Assembly: GCA_030704615.1 (NCBI GenBank)
Contig: CM060732.1
Location: 33,356,001 to 33,420,000 of the forward strand
DNA: 64,000 nt
From: Takakia lepidozioides
Taxonomy: Eukaryota; Plantae; Bryophyta
Direction: 5' to 3'
The notes beneath the pieces are model-generated. The model did no database searches. It saw nothing but the letters and a program-made list of their open reading frames with translations, and was not told the origin of the DNA. How positions within the stretch are numbered: the stretch's first letter is position 1; every line of letters begins with the position of its first letter. This document shows, piece after piece, positions 11,392 to 23,763 of the stretch. Position numbers and translations under genes: made by a program.

Positions 11392-14300
11392 ATGGCTCCG
11401 AATTCCTACGCTATAGTTTGCTGTCCTCCGCAACTTGGGAGAGCCTGGATCCCAAACGAGGGAGGACTTTGCAGAGTGACTGAAACTTACCTTTGTTCCA
11501 AATTCAAGCTCAAACCGGGCACAGTTTATTTGGAAGAAGAAAGGAAGGATGTTCCTGGACAGGTTGACGAGACCATTGTCGTGCTAGGTAACGACGGAGG
11601 TTGCGGAATCGAATGGCACGTACCCCCATCAGACACCATCCTGTACCAAGCTGTGGGAATGCCCATTCCCTTTCCGAATCAGTCGCTGCCCACACCATCC
11701 ACAAAGGAGTCCGGAAACCGACAGGCGGCCACTGCCAACAGAGAGGTATGCAACGATAATCATTCCCGACCTGGACCGTCAAGACCCTCCATAGCTTCTC
11801 GTGTGGACGTATTCGACATTTCCGACGAGGAAGATGATTGCATTGAGGTACCCATGTCCTCCACACGGTCGTTCAAATCCGGCATGGACGTCTCTGTAGG
11901 TGCTACGCATGTGCCCTCGAGCATAACTCCAACCCGGTCCATTGTGCAGCTCTTACGACAACATCACCTCGATGGTTCTCGCTCCGAGCTGGCTGCTCTC
12001 GACTATGCCAAATTCCCAGTCAGAAAGGTAACGTTTCTGCCTCCCAAAGTCGATGGCAATGTCATCTTCGAGTTTCCACCTGTTTCTTCGTCAAACAAAG
12101 CCTCCGGGATGTTAACAGACATGGATCGAAAGCATGACGGACACCCCCTGGTGTGTGACGAAGACCAGTAGCACGAAAATTGCTGATGGTGTTCGTGTAC
12201 GATATGTCCTCTGTGCGGGGAAGCTGAGGTGCCTCAATCCCACTTGCTTCCACTTTCTCTCCAAAGGAGGGCGGAGAATGAGACGGATTGGACTGGCACA
12301 ACGCATCATCCATTCATTGTCTCCAGCCAAGCTCCTGCGGGTTCTTTCAAGTGTGCACATTGCAAAGAACCACCGACGTGCATGTCCATGTGCAGAGCCA
12401 AGCAATATTACGTAATCCATTTGCTCGCGGACTTGACTAGAGCTTGCATACACGTTGGGGTCCACTACCACCCCTTGGCGAGAGGCAACATGCGTGAGGC
12501 TGTGCAGGAAGCACACGACATCATAAAAGAGGAGGTGAAATTGAGCCCCGGAGCCAGACCAAAGCAGATTCAGCTGAAGGCAGCCCACAAGATTGCTCTT
12601 GGCAAAATCATGTCTGAAGATGGTTCCGACCGAGAGCCCTTGACCGAAGACGAGATGCGTGACCTCTTGGAGTCCGTCTCGCACGTTTGTAGTCCGAATG
12701 TGCGGAATCACATCGTATCTTGCAAGCAGGAGTTCGGCAGGGGGTCGGACATGTACTCAATCCTGGAGGTGAAACGAATGACTGGATATGACTACATCCA
12801 AGGTAGCAGGTTTCCAGGGCAAGGCAGCGAATCTGATCGTTGTTACATTTTCAAAATGTCGACGTGTGGGCCTGGGAGTGGAGTCGACTTGGTCACTCGC
12901 ATGACAACTGGAAACTTGTCGAATGCTTGGGTGATGTTTGATCACATCAAGAGAATTACAAACCATCAGTGGGTGACTATGGGTACGCATGTTTATGACT
13001 ATCACTCCAAGAGGCTCATGACGATTGCAATCTGCGAGATGAAAGGGGAGGACACACAGTCCGAGATGCATCTGTGGGAGGGCATAAACGAGCAGATGGC
13101 AAGGGCGGGATTGCCAGAGCCCAATTTCAGGGGATTCATGGCAGACAACGCTCAGGCCAAGGGGCAGCGGTGCGGCGTGTGTACGGTGAGGACCCAAATG
13201 TTCCAATGGAGGGGAAAGAGAGATCATGTGGATTCCATTGGATGCAGAGTCTATCCCACTACACTACCAAATTTGTTGCTAGCTCATTCCAGGCTGAACA
13301 CCGTGTCCTTTGTACGGCGTGGAAGGATGCACCCACATTTGATGACGCGGAGGTTAAGTTTGCTATCATCGAGGCTTGGTGGAACACGTCAGGTGCAGTG
13401 GAGATACCAATCTGGGAGCATTGCACAGCTGGTTGGGGTGGTGGCATTTTCGGTATCGACAGTTCGGACAGTACATGCGGGAGGTAGGCTGCTGTCATTT
13501 TCGTTCATTTGTCTTTCTGTTACGGACATTTCGATTGGTTCCTCGCCATTGTTTGTGTCCTTCTAGGAGCGGTGCTTGGATTCCGACACGGACATGCCAA
13601 ACACGAATATGGCAGAATCGGTCACTCCTCCTGGCGAGCGTCTTTCTGCCGCACATCTGGTGGACGTAGTGACGGCCACAACGGAGGACATCGACAGAGC
13701 AATCATGCAGCAAGCCCGTACTACAAGTTCCTGAGCGGCAAACAATGGGGCTTTGGGCCGGACAGGGAGGAATTGTTGGTACGAACAGCTTCGAGGTCCA
13801 AGAATCCACTGAAATGGGCGACAGCATTGCGAGAGAAGATCAAAGGGACGCCTCTGCACCGCAGAGGCGAACACCTAGAGGGGGACGTCCGGACTCGCCC
13901 TGTGAGGCGGAGGATTGAAGAGGAACCCGGGTGCAAAGAGGATTCCTGGAGATCCGACAGGAACATTCGGACAGCACCTCGAGGTCCCGTCATGTTGCCG
14001 CACAATGTGTCTTCCAGCAGTGGAAGCCCAAGAAATTCCAGATCGCCGTCGCCTTCAACTGGGGATTTCGTGCGAAAATTCCCACCGCTCCCTTGCCCCA
14101 GATTCCGCCCACTGTTATGCAGTATGGCCAAGCCATTGTGGAGACGACTGTGTCTGCATCACAGTGGAGAATTGCTCGCACAAAGCCGTCGTTTCGAGGA
14201 AGGTGTTCCGCAATTCGTGTGGATACACGGCAACGTTGTTTAGAGATGATAAGGAGGAATCCAGATGGGGGCTGTCCCTACTCCTACTTTTACAGGAAGA

Positions 14301-15046
14301 TTTGTCCATGCAAAGTTTGCGGAGGCGACAACCACCCAGTTCTGGTTCTGCAGGCACGACATTATGACTTGCGTGTATGGAAAGCCCAAGTACGATATAA
14401 AACAATGCCAGAGGCTCCCCCGGTGTGGCCGGTGGAACCAGGCTGCGATCTGAGTCAGGTTGAGGCCGACACCCTTACCGCCGCAGGATTTCGGATGGTG
14501 CAGCGCACTGACGTCCCCAGACAACCATTTCCGCTTCCACAACCTCCACCACCGACCCCTGTGAGAGCAAGAACAATGGGACACGACAGCTCTAAGCATC
14601 CTACACACACCGTTGGGGGAAACCGAAGAGGCGGCGACCTCCCTCAAAAGTGAACGAGACAAGGATGGGGAATGCACTCTTCGGATGAACTGTACAATCC
14701 AGAGCTCAACAGAAGTGCCCCACCAGGATTCGGGCGTGTGTATCAGATGGCCACGGCAGGCTCAGCTATTCGCAATGAGGTGTACACCATCACCATTTCA
14801 GAATTACCCACCTGCAATTGCACCGACTTCCAGATCATGGCGAACAAGGGGCATTATACTGCCATTGCAAGCATTTGTACTACGTGTACCTAAAGAGACT
14901 CCGTTGTAATTCCACAACTCATCACTTCATACATGCACCAGGGTTGAGCCCCCAGGAGGTTCACACTCTTCTAAATATGGATCCAGGGGACCAGTGAGCT
15001 TGGCTTGCGGTCCCAATACAATGGTACGCCCATCCTTTTCGGATAG
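11392..15046 (+). CDS. MULE transposase (GCM-like N-terminal Zn domain, DDE core, C-terminal SWIM), frameshifted in this assembly
   Basis: KHDGHPW...CAGKLRCLNPTC (GCM-like); VMFDHIK (D1); FMADNAQ (D2); CGFH (MULE CxxH); NTNMAESVH (E) after an intron at ~13484-13566; CNCTDF...CKHLYYVYL (SWIM). The 3' end is approximate. Confidence 0.85.
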
Positions 15047-17610
15047 TAGAACTGTACTGCTTGTAGTCCAGACTCTGGCCACAGAAAGGTCCGACATATG
15101 TCTTGCCTACCAGTAACCTGTTTTGCTCGAACTAAGATATTACTATATCGTTCACTTGTTTCCACGTGCATGTATTTTTGTATGTTGGAGGGTTCATGTT
15201 TTTCTGCTTTCCGAAAACTTGCTTTCCTCATTCGACCTCCGACAAGGAAATGCGGCGCCGCATTTCCAAGTATCGTCGTAGGTACTGGTAGAGGCGGCCT
15301 TCGCCAACACCAAACCGCTCCGAAATTTCGCACGTGCGAACCCTAATGCAGCACCTTATTTCCCAGTTCAGTTGCAAACCTTTCCCGCCGAATACCCGAA
15401 GAAGACAGATTGTGAAGTACTGCAGACTCTATTGGGTGCAGACTCCATTGGTTCAATCGCGGCAAAAGGGTCAGCTTCATTCCAATATTAAGGCATGTAA
15501 AACCGCGGAATACTCTATACAGGCCAGTATGCGACGTCCTTTTGCAGTGGTATACTGGATTTCCCGTTGCACGGTCACTTATTTCCATGAGCGGATCTAA
15601 AAAACCATGAGCGGACTTGTTACTGACGACATATCTTCGCCGCATTACATGATCTGGAACGTCCAAAAACGGCAAGGTCAAATAAAAAACTATTATTTTA
15701 ATACTTGTTTAATCTGCCGCATTTCCAAATTTGGAGGAGTCCGCTCATGAAATCCGCGTATCTTAGACTTCGGCTCACCGCTCATGCGGCTCATGCGGCT
15801 CATGGCTCATGGCTCATGGTTTGCTCATGAATATAACCTCCCAATTCCCTTAACTTCTTGCAAAGAAAAAGAAGGAGTGGCATCCACTCTAGTTCTTCCG
15901 GTATGGGTGATGTACTCTCTGATCTTAATGGTGTGAGAGGTCCAGATGATTCCCCTATGTCTATTCTCTCTCCAAAGATATGGATAATTAGCTTTCAGAT
16001 AACTTTCTTTTTTTGCTGAATATCTCCGGAGTCTAGCTTCTCTTTCATCACTCATGTCCCATGTCTTTCATTTCTTTAATGCGGCAATAACCAAACTCTC
16101 TTCTGTAGTATCTCTCGTATATGCCTGGGTTTCTTTCATTTCAGCTTCAATGCACCCTTGGCTATACTAGAAGTGTCCGTTACCATATAACCATATGGCA
16201 AACAAGTCTGGAAAGCTGTTCTTGGTGTGAGTTTGATCCACAGAATATCCTTTGGAATCCAATTCTTTACCAAACAAGCTCTTCATGTATATGAGTATAA
16301 ACATTCACCTTCCTTTCCTCCTAGCCTTCAAACTCTACTTGCTTAATGGATAGCAATGCTATCACATAAACCAGTGTTGGTAACCAACGTGCTCTTCCTC
16401 TACAGGCCACCTGATAAATCTTTATCACCCCTTTCTCCAGACCCCACTCAAGGTCAACATCATGCACTCTCTTAAGAATGTTTTCTTTTACAACCGTCTG
16501 GCAATTCCAAGAACCTCTGAAAGAATTGTTTGGACAATCTTTCCTTCTCAGTTTCACAAGGAATTTGAGTCACATCAAATTCTTTAATTCTCCAACCACC
16601 ATGATCCCACCAGATGCCTGTCACATCTGGCTGTTCATGACCCAGTTCCCCAGTATGGTCGCCAAATGTCAAACGGCTTTTACTCACCCATCCCTTCGCT
16701 ATCCGAGGTGGAAACTCCAGGATAGAAGAGTTGGATATCTCTAAACACTTAGCCCGCTCAGTACAATCAGTCATGACCTGCAGCTAGTGAATCATGGTTG
16801 TGCTTCCCATTTGTATTCATTCTTGCCTTCATGTTATCAATTTACTTATCTGATACTGAAGCATCAGATTGCTTCAGTATCTACTTAGTTCGAGTTAATC
16901 ATGCATTCATTTCACAGCTTCACTCATGTCTCTCTACACAGTGCGCTTGTATCGAATAAATATCAGATTATGATTTATCAGGTACCAGGCCATGTCAAGG
17001 TGACTCTAATCCTCCCTACAGTATCACTACAGCTACAGCTCTGCATGTAATAAGCTCTACTGTTCATCTTTTCTCCTTTTTTGTGCTCTCGTTCTTGCTC
17101 TCCGCCTGATCTCCTCTTCCCATGACCCAGAAGCACTCCCCGTGAAGTGTCCCCTTCTTTCCGTTGCCGCTCTCCTTATCTGCCTGCAAGCTGTTCTAAC
17201 CACCTAACTAATTAACTGTCATCCCTGAAGTAACACGTTCCTTCTGCAGATGTCATTCCCTCACAGTCGTTCCTGTCAATGATAACTGTTCCCCATGTAC
17301 TGTGACAGGAATGCGTGTCAAGCTGTGCCGAGCTGTGACTGGCTGTGTAAGGCTGTTCGGCTGTGTCGGGCTGTGCAAAGCTGTGGCGGGCTGTGACTGG
17401 CTGTGTCGGGTTGTGTTGGCTTGACTGTGACTGCTGTGACGGGCTGTGTCGGGCTGTGCGAAGCTGTGGCGAGCTGTGACTGGCTGTGTAACCCCCCCTA
17501 AAGCCTGCTGCTGCCCACCCCTAAGGCTCCAGTTGGTCTCAGTCTGCGCAAAAATTAAGGGTACCCACAGAACCCGTAAAAGCGTCTAAGTCCCAAGCAG
17601 CCCTCTAACA

Positions 17611-19081
17611 GAATCTTTCTCTTCACATGGGACATTCGAAATTATCAATGCCAATGTAGATGTTGAGACGTAATAATACTCGTGTACCCCATTGTGTACC
17701 CGTGCACGAAATCTGTTTCCAAACTTGGTAATGTCATGCGATAGTGGAGGACGAACAACAGGCATGGAGATCATGCGGCTAGAGGGATTTCAAGGCGTCC
17801 TCCAGATATGATCATGTCCCTAATCACCCCTCCTGGGAATTTACCTTTTGATATGACATAAGCTCTTTCACACCTTGTCAGGTAGTGCAATTCAGGATCG
17901 TCTGTGTCTTCGTTGTTCTCAGAACTCTTCGTGAGTCATCCCCTTCTCCAGAACCCTTCTCTTCTGTTCTCTCCCTGGCTTAGACTTTGCATTTTTCTGC
18001 ATACACAAAACACAAACTAACAACATTCAACTGGTGTTCTGGAACAGACATTTTGAAACAATGATGATCGGATTACTGACCATCACTTTGTCTTCTAACA
18101 CATGAGGACAGTTTACTGTGTCTCCCAATGCACTTTCACTTAGATCTCACCAGTATGCGATATCGTTGCGGCCATCGCAATCCACATTTTGCACACAAGA
18201 AGTTTTTCCGAACTCATATTAAAATGACAGTAATGATAGTATGCTCGGTACCGATCATCACTTTCTGCATGTTCGGAAGAAGACTTCAGACACCCTATTG
18301 TCTTCTTTAATTCAACTGATAGTGATGATCAGTGGCGATCATCAGTATCGGCCACCGAAAATGACAAACCATAAACTATTAAACCACATTTGGAATGACA
18401 AGGATGATGCACGCGATGTTCTGTACCGATCATCACAACAAGACAAACCTGGGATAACACACATCCATGATGTCTGAATGTGGATGGTCGGCACTGATCA
18501 TCACTTGAGAGAAACTGCCTGCCATTCAGTGCATGAGACATTGACCATAGATTTGACTTGGAAGCGATGATCGCCACCGATCATCACTTTCCTGTCACTA
18601 CAATTTAACAAGTGAATAAGTGGGTTGGACCTTGTACATCATAAAGCAAGTATTGCATCGCTACTACTCCTCCATTTGGGGGTAATATCCAGTCACCACA
18701 AGAAACTGATGATCGTTGCCGATCATCATAATAAGACTGCTCTGGGATACACAGCCGCATGAGGTTTAATGTGATGGTCGGCACGACCACACTTTTTTTT
18801 CCAGAATGCCTGCATTTCAGTGTATTAGACATTGAGCAAAGAAATGGACTTGGAAGCGATGATCGCCACCGATTATCGCTTTTCTGTCACTACAATTCAG
18901 ATGTGAATAAGTTGGATTGACCTTGTAACATCGTAAAGCAAAGGATTGCATTGCTACTCCCATTTGGGGTTATGTCTAGTCCCCACAGAAACTGATGATG
19001 GGTTCCGATCATCACATTCAGACTGCCTGGGATACACAAACCATGAGGACTGAATGTGATGGTCGGCACCGACCATCACTT
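17611..19081 (-). mobile_element. MULE family B fragment (ParB-like exon plus palindrome-rich intron), duplicate of ~55915-57386
   Basis: Reverse complement of the 55.9-57.4 kb segment; encodes MISMPVVRPPLSHDITK...; interrupted by the same gypsy LTR junction; runs into the N gap. Confidence 0.8.
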
Positions 19082-19581
19082 NNNNNNNNNNNNNNNNNNN
19101 NNNNNNNNNNNNNNNNNNNNNNNNNNNNNNNNNNNNNNNNNNNNNNNNNNNNNNNNNNNNNNNNNNNNNNNNNNNNNNNNNNNNNNNNNNNNNNNNNNNN
19201 NNNNNNNNNNNNNNNNNNNNNNNNNNNNNNNNNNNNNNNNNNNNNNNNNNNNNNNNNNNNNNNNNNNNNNNNNNNNNNNNNNNNNNNNNNNNNNNNNNNN
19301 NNNNNNNNNNNNNNNNNNNNNNNNNNNNNNNNNNNNNNNNNNNNNNNNNNNNNNNNNNNNNNNNNNNNNNNNNNNNNNNNNNNNNNNNNNNNNNNNNNNN
19401 NNNNNNNNNNNNNNNNNNNNNNNNNNNNNNNNNNNNNNNNNNNNNNNNNNNNNNNNNNNNNNNNNNNNNNNNNNNNNNNNNNNNNNNNNNNNNNNNNNNN
19501 NNNNNNNNNNNNNNNNNNNNNNNNNNNNNNNNNNNNNNNNNNNNNNNNNNNNNNNNNNNNNNNNNNNNNNNNNNNNNNNNN
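19082..19581. other. Assembly gap (500 N)
   Basis: Run of N. Confidence 1.
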
Positions 19582-21683
19582 TACTAATAGACTGATCAAC
19601 ACACACATATATACCCCCCTCGCCCACACTTTTCCCCACACCCCTCATATATGACCAGTACACGCTCGCAAGCCCTCAAATCACCAGCATTATCCCGGAC
19701 ACACACACCGCACCCCCTGCTCTACATGGCAACAATAACCCCTTTATTATTCCCCACTCCACATGTCATCCCCATAGACACGCTCCTACCCAGGCAGGCC
19801 CGTGGCCATATCCTCCATCCCTGCACTAATACCTACACCCACGCTCACAGCCGCCAATACCCACCCATGGCTACTATTCTAGCTACCCCAATCCACAGTT
19901 ATTCATATGCGGTTGCCATCCCAACTAACCCAATCTACGTATCTTCACCCACAGCTGCCATCCCCTCTACCCCCACCTACGTCTAAAAAAACGGTCTCTA
20001 TATCAAACCCCCCTACCGGTATATGCCCAATATCTCTCCCCTAAACACTCAATTTCTACAAGCTGCACTGCCCCTCATCTTACCCACCACTTCTCTACCC
20101 GTAGCACCCCAACTACCCCTTATTTGCCTTGTAAACCCTATGATACACGCCTATAGGTACCACCAACCCCTCACCCACAGCCCACATGGCCAATACCACC
20201 TACACCCACATAAATCCAAACACTACTATCACCCCCACCCCCACCCCCCCGCACCAGCTAATGCATACAATGAGACATGCCTAAATTTAATATTGCTACG
20301 ATGTGGCGATATACATCCTAACTCAGGGCCTCTCACCATTAGCAATATTATCAGGGAACTCTCCACGGACTCCCAAGATAGATACTCCCTATACTTCCAG
20401 TCAAATACCTTATCACTCACACACAACTACTGCCATCTCAAGGACCACTTCACACCCTTTTTCCCACGTGACCAGCCCACGGATCATCTACCCACACACC
20501 ACCTTACAACATTTGGACTTCCTTCTAGCTGCTACCCAGCTCTTTCTAAAACCCTCCAAAAATTCAAAAAAAATCCCACTTCACACCTTCTCTTCTCCCT
20601 TATCATCCTTATATCCCCCTTCCAGAGACATGTAATGAGTACCTCCACTCCCACTCCACCTCCCAAGTTCGCTCCCTCCTCCGCAAATTACAGAAACTGC
20701 CCCCCGCTCCCTCACAACTACTTGGCCCCGCCCCACTACTTATCAGAGATCCACAACTCCCTCAATCTCCTAGATTCCAAAACCGGGGTTGTACACAAAG
20801 TCCTCGGTGACCATCTAGCTACTTTAACTACACCGGATCTAGACCATTACCTCATTACCAATAAATTCCCCTTCCTCTCTACTGACATCCTCTCTGCCAC
20901 TCTCAACGCAGTCAACGATACCCGGGTACGACCCCCTCTCATAGCACCCCAAATGGAATTACCCGCACCTACCCCCCCCTCCCACACACGCCACCACTCC
21001 CGACATTTGTAGCGGCACACTCACCATCACCTCTTGGAATGTAGGGTCCTTGGCTACTAGTATTCAAAGCCCACTACATCTTCTCACCAACTCTTCACAA
21101 CCACATATATTCCTTCTCTAGGAAACCAAATTACACACCAGTAAGACTAGCAGTTCATATATAAATAAACTACTAACCAATTATTATCTCTTATACGGCA
21201 ACCCCCTGACTGCCCAACAATGGGGGCTGCTATTTCATGAGCCATGAGCCATGAGCGGCATGAGCCATGAGCAGAGTCGTAAGTGTGGAAAAAACATGAG
21301 CAGCACTATTTTCCGGAAATGAGTGTCCGCGGGAATAGGGTTTAGGGTGCCACGGTCATAGGGGGAGAAGGACCTCCCGATGAAGGAGGTTCGGCAATGT
21401 TATTTAGAATTATATATTGAAAGGCAATGTTTCGCGAATGGTAGGGTGGTACTGCTCTGTACAATGGGGGCCCATTTCAGCCTACCAGCCATTTGCAAAA
21501 TTCACCCACACTCCCAATCCCAAACGAAATGAGCAATGACGCATTCTCGGAACAATGGACACAGAATAGAATAAAAAGAGGGCACAATGAGGTTTTTATT
21601 GATCCACATGAATTGCATTTGAAGCACGTCTACTGTGCTGATTGTGCCCTCAAATCTTGAGCCCTGTGCCTACTGAATACAAG

Positions 21684-22250
21684 TCACGTTGTCAATGGGA
21701 CTTCGACTGCTCTCAGAACTAGCTCATGAGTCCTGGGGCTCCTCCATGTAAAGTCGATTGCAGCCGTTGTACCGCCCCTAGTGATGTTCACCACAATGTC
21801 CTGCCCTTCAATCATACCACCATCGAATATGGAAATCTTCACGTTTTCGTCGTCCACACCAATGCGAATGTCCCCATACAATGGAGAAGAGGAGCGCACT
21901 CCTCGAGGAGAATAGGTCTCTCCGATGGAGTCCACCCACGTCCAGTGGCAGCAGTTCCACCGCAACAGCATAGCAGTGCGCCTTCTTCTGCATGGGTGAC
22001 CGTCGTAGCTGGGAAAATCGGAATCGAGGATGCGCAGGAGCCACGGACTCCTCAAACCAAGATCGTCACCCCCCGCTCGAAGGCGTAGTGGCCTACGATA
22101 TACTCAAAAGCCACCAATGTTTCCACAATCGAACCAGTATCTTCTGTGTAATCTGTGTACCAGATAACAATGTCTCCCGATGTGGCCGAATACATTGCAT
22201 AATCGATGCCTCCAAAGGGGCAGTCGTCCCGGTTCCGGAAAGCACGGCAT
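21684..22250 (-). CDS. Cargo protein X1, copy 2 (homopolymer frameshifts)
   Basis: Near-identical to 1329-1892. Confidence 0.6.
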
Positions 22251-23763
22251 CCTTGCAAAGGAGGACCTGAGGACGACTTGGATGCCGATGACCTTGCGGA
22301 CAGCTACGAAGCCCTTAGATTTTGGAAATGATACGAAGCGGAAGAGCAGTCCGGCCTCCAAAAATGGAGCATCTGGGTCACACGTACCCACCGACGGAGG
22401 TGGAACGTGTTCATCACGCCAGCGGTGGATGAACCATACATCTTTCTCATCAACAAGTTATAGTTTGAGATCTGCCACCGAAGTCCATCCCCCCGGATGG
22501 AAATTCGGCGCGCCGCATTTACATCGAAGAGGGGATGGACTTCGTCGTGTCCAGTGGCTATCGGCCCACCTGGCAGTGACTGCCCATAGTTTGCATGGCA
22601 GGGTAGGAAACTGAAACGGCTACATTCATGCAGCAGCCAATCTTCATCGGTCCAGGATCCTGTACGGGGGAAATTTAAATGTGCCCTGGAGTGTGAATGT
22701 ACCTCACTTCTGTATGACTGGTTTCATTGTGTTGAATAACTCTCGGATTTGGCCCACTGTTTACAATTTGATGTCTCATTTCTACAATTTGTCTGTCTGG
22801 TTGAATAAAGCAGAGTAACCGGTATGTGAGTCATGTGTCAAGAATATACCAGAGTAATGTCGGACATTGAAATGCGGCAATTTCCATGTCACGCCGCATT
22901 TCCATGTCATCGAAATGTTGTCGGGGCAATGTCGGACAAAATGACCGCATTTCCATGTGGGACAAGAAATGCGGTGCATCATTTCCGTCCAGGTACACGA
23001 AATACCAACACGGGTCTATAAATTGATCAGAAAACGAGGTTGGCATTGCAAATGCGGCGACGCATTTCCAGCTTGGCAATGGAAACTTCTTTTTGGACAA
23101 GGGAATGCGGTGCCGCATTTCCGTCCAACACTTCGAAAAGTGCACCTATTTCCGACCAGCGCGATGGAATGCGTTACCGCATTTCCGAGAGAGGGTCTGC
23201 AAATGACAAATTGCGATGTCCGTTCTGGAAATGCGGCGCCGCATTTCCATGTCCGTCATCGACTTTTTTTTACAATGGAATGCGGTGCCAATTTTTGCTG
23301 ATGGGCCTGCAGTTCGAACAACCACCATCCCCAATATGGAAATGCGGCACCGCATTTCCAATCCCCCATGTCGGCCTCCTTGTTCGACCTCCTTGTTCGA
23401 CCTCTGTAAGCGTGGTGGCATCCATGCAATGAGCGGGAGAGGCCAAAACTGGCGTGTGGACAAAGGAAATTTTGGAAATGCGGCACGCATTCCAATTCAG
23501 ATTACTTTTTACTATGCCAACATTGAAATGGAAAATTAGTCCCTCCCCTGTTTTGGAAATGCGGTGCCGCATTTCCAAAAGAGGTTCTTAGAGTTGCCAA
23601 AATTTTGGAAATGCCCTGACCCATTTCTGATTTTGGGAGCGTCCTGGTTTGGGCGATTGTGTGGCTGGAATGCACACTGGAGAGGGGTCACGAATGTCGG
23701 GCAGAATTTCTTTATATACTCTGGAAGAGAATTTACATTTACAGAGACTTCATTAAAATTCTA

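Larger units (their letters stand above)
866..15840 (+). mobile_element. Mutator-like (MULE) DNA transposon, family A copy 1 (~14.97 kb)
   Basis: Left end GGGGGCTGCTATTTCATGAGC, right end GCTCATGAATATAACCTC. The 9-bp TSD CCAATTCCC (857-865, 15841-15849) is single in the uninterrupted gag copy (~59101-59109). Encodes a DDE/SWIM transposase. Confidence 0.9.
276..17610 (-). mobile_element. Ty3/gypsy LTR retrotransposon 5' part (LTR, extra ORF, gag N-terminus), split by MULE-A copy 1
   Basis: 276-865 and 15841-17610 are the near-identical reverse complement of 57387-59685. The gag fragments MSDEREARL... (16055) and ...VLEEDQPRGERSEVHPW (860) join across the MULE insertion. Confidence 0.85.

Noticed and set aside
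866-15840. Classification as hAT (8-bp TSD) or CACTA
   Set aside because: The copy 1 TSD is 9 bp, the ends are G-rich rather than CACTA/CAG, and the transposase has MULE-type D..D..CxxH..E plus SWIM.
18995-19663. ORFs spanning N runs (also 44481-45318)
   Set aside because: Artefacts of assembly gaps.
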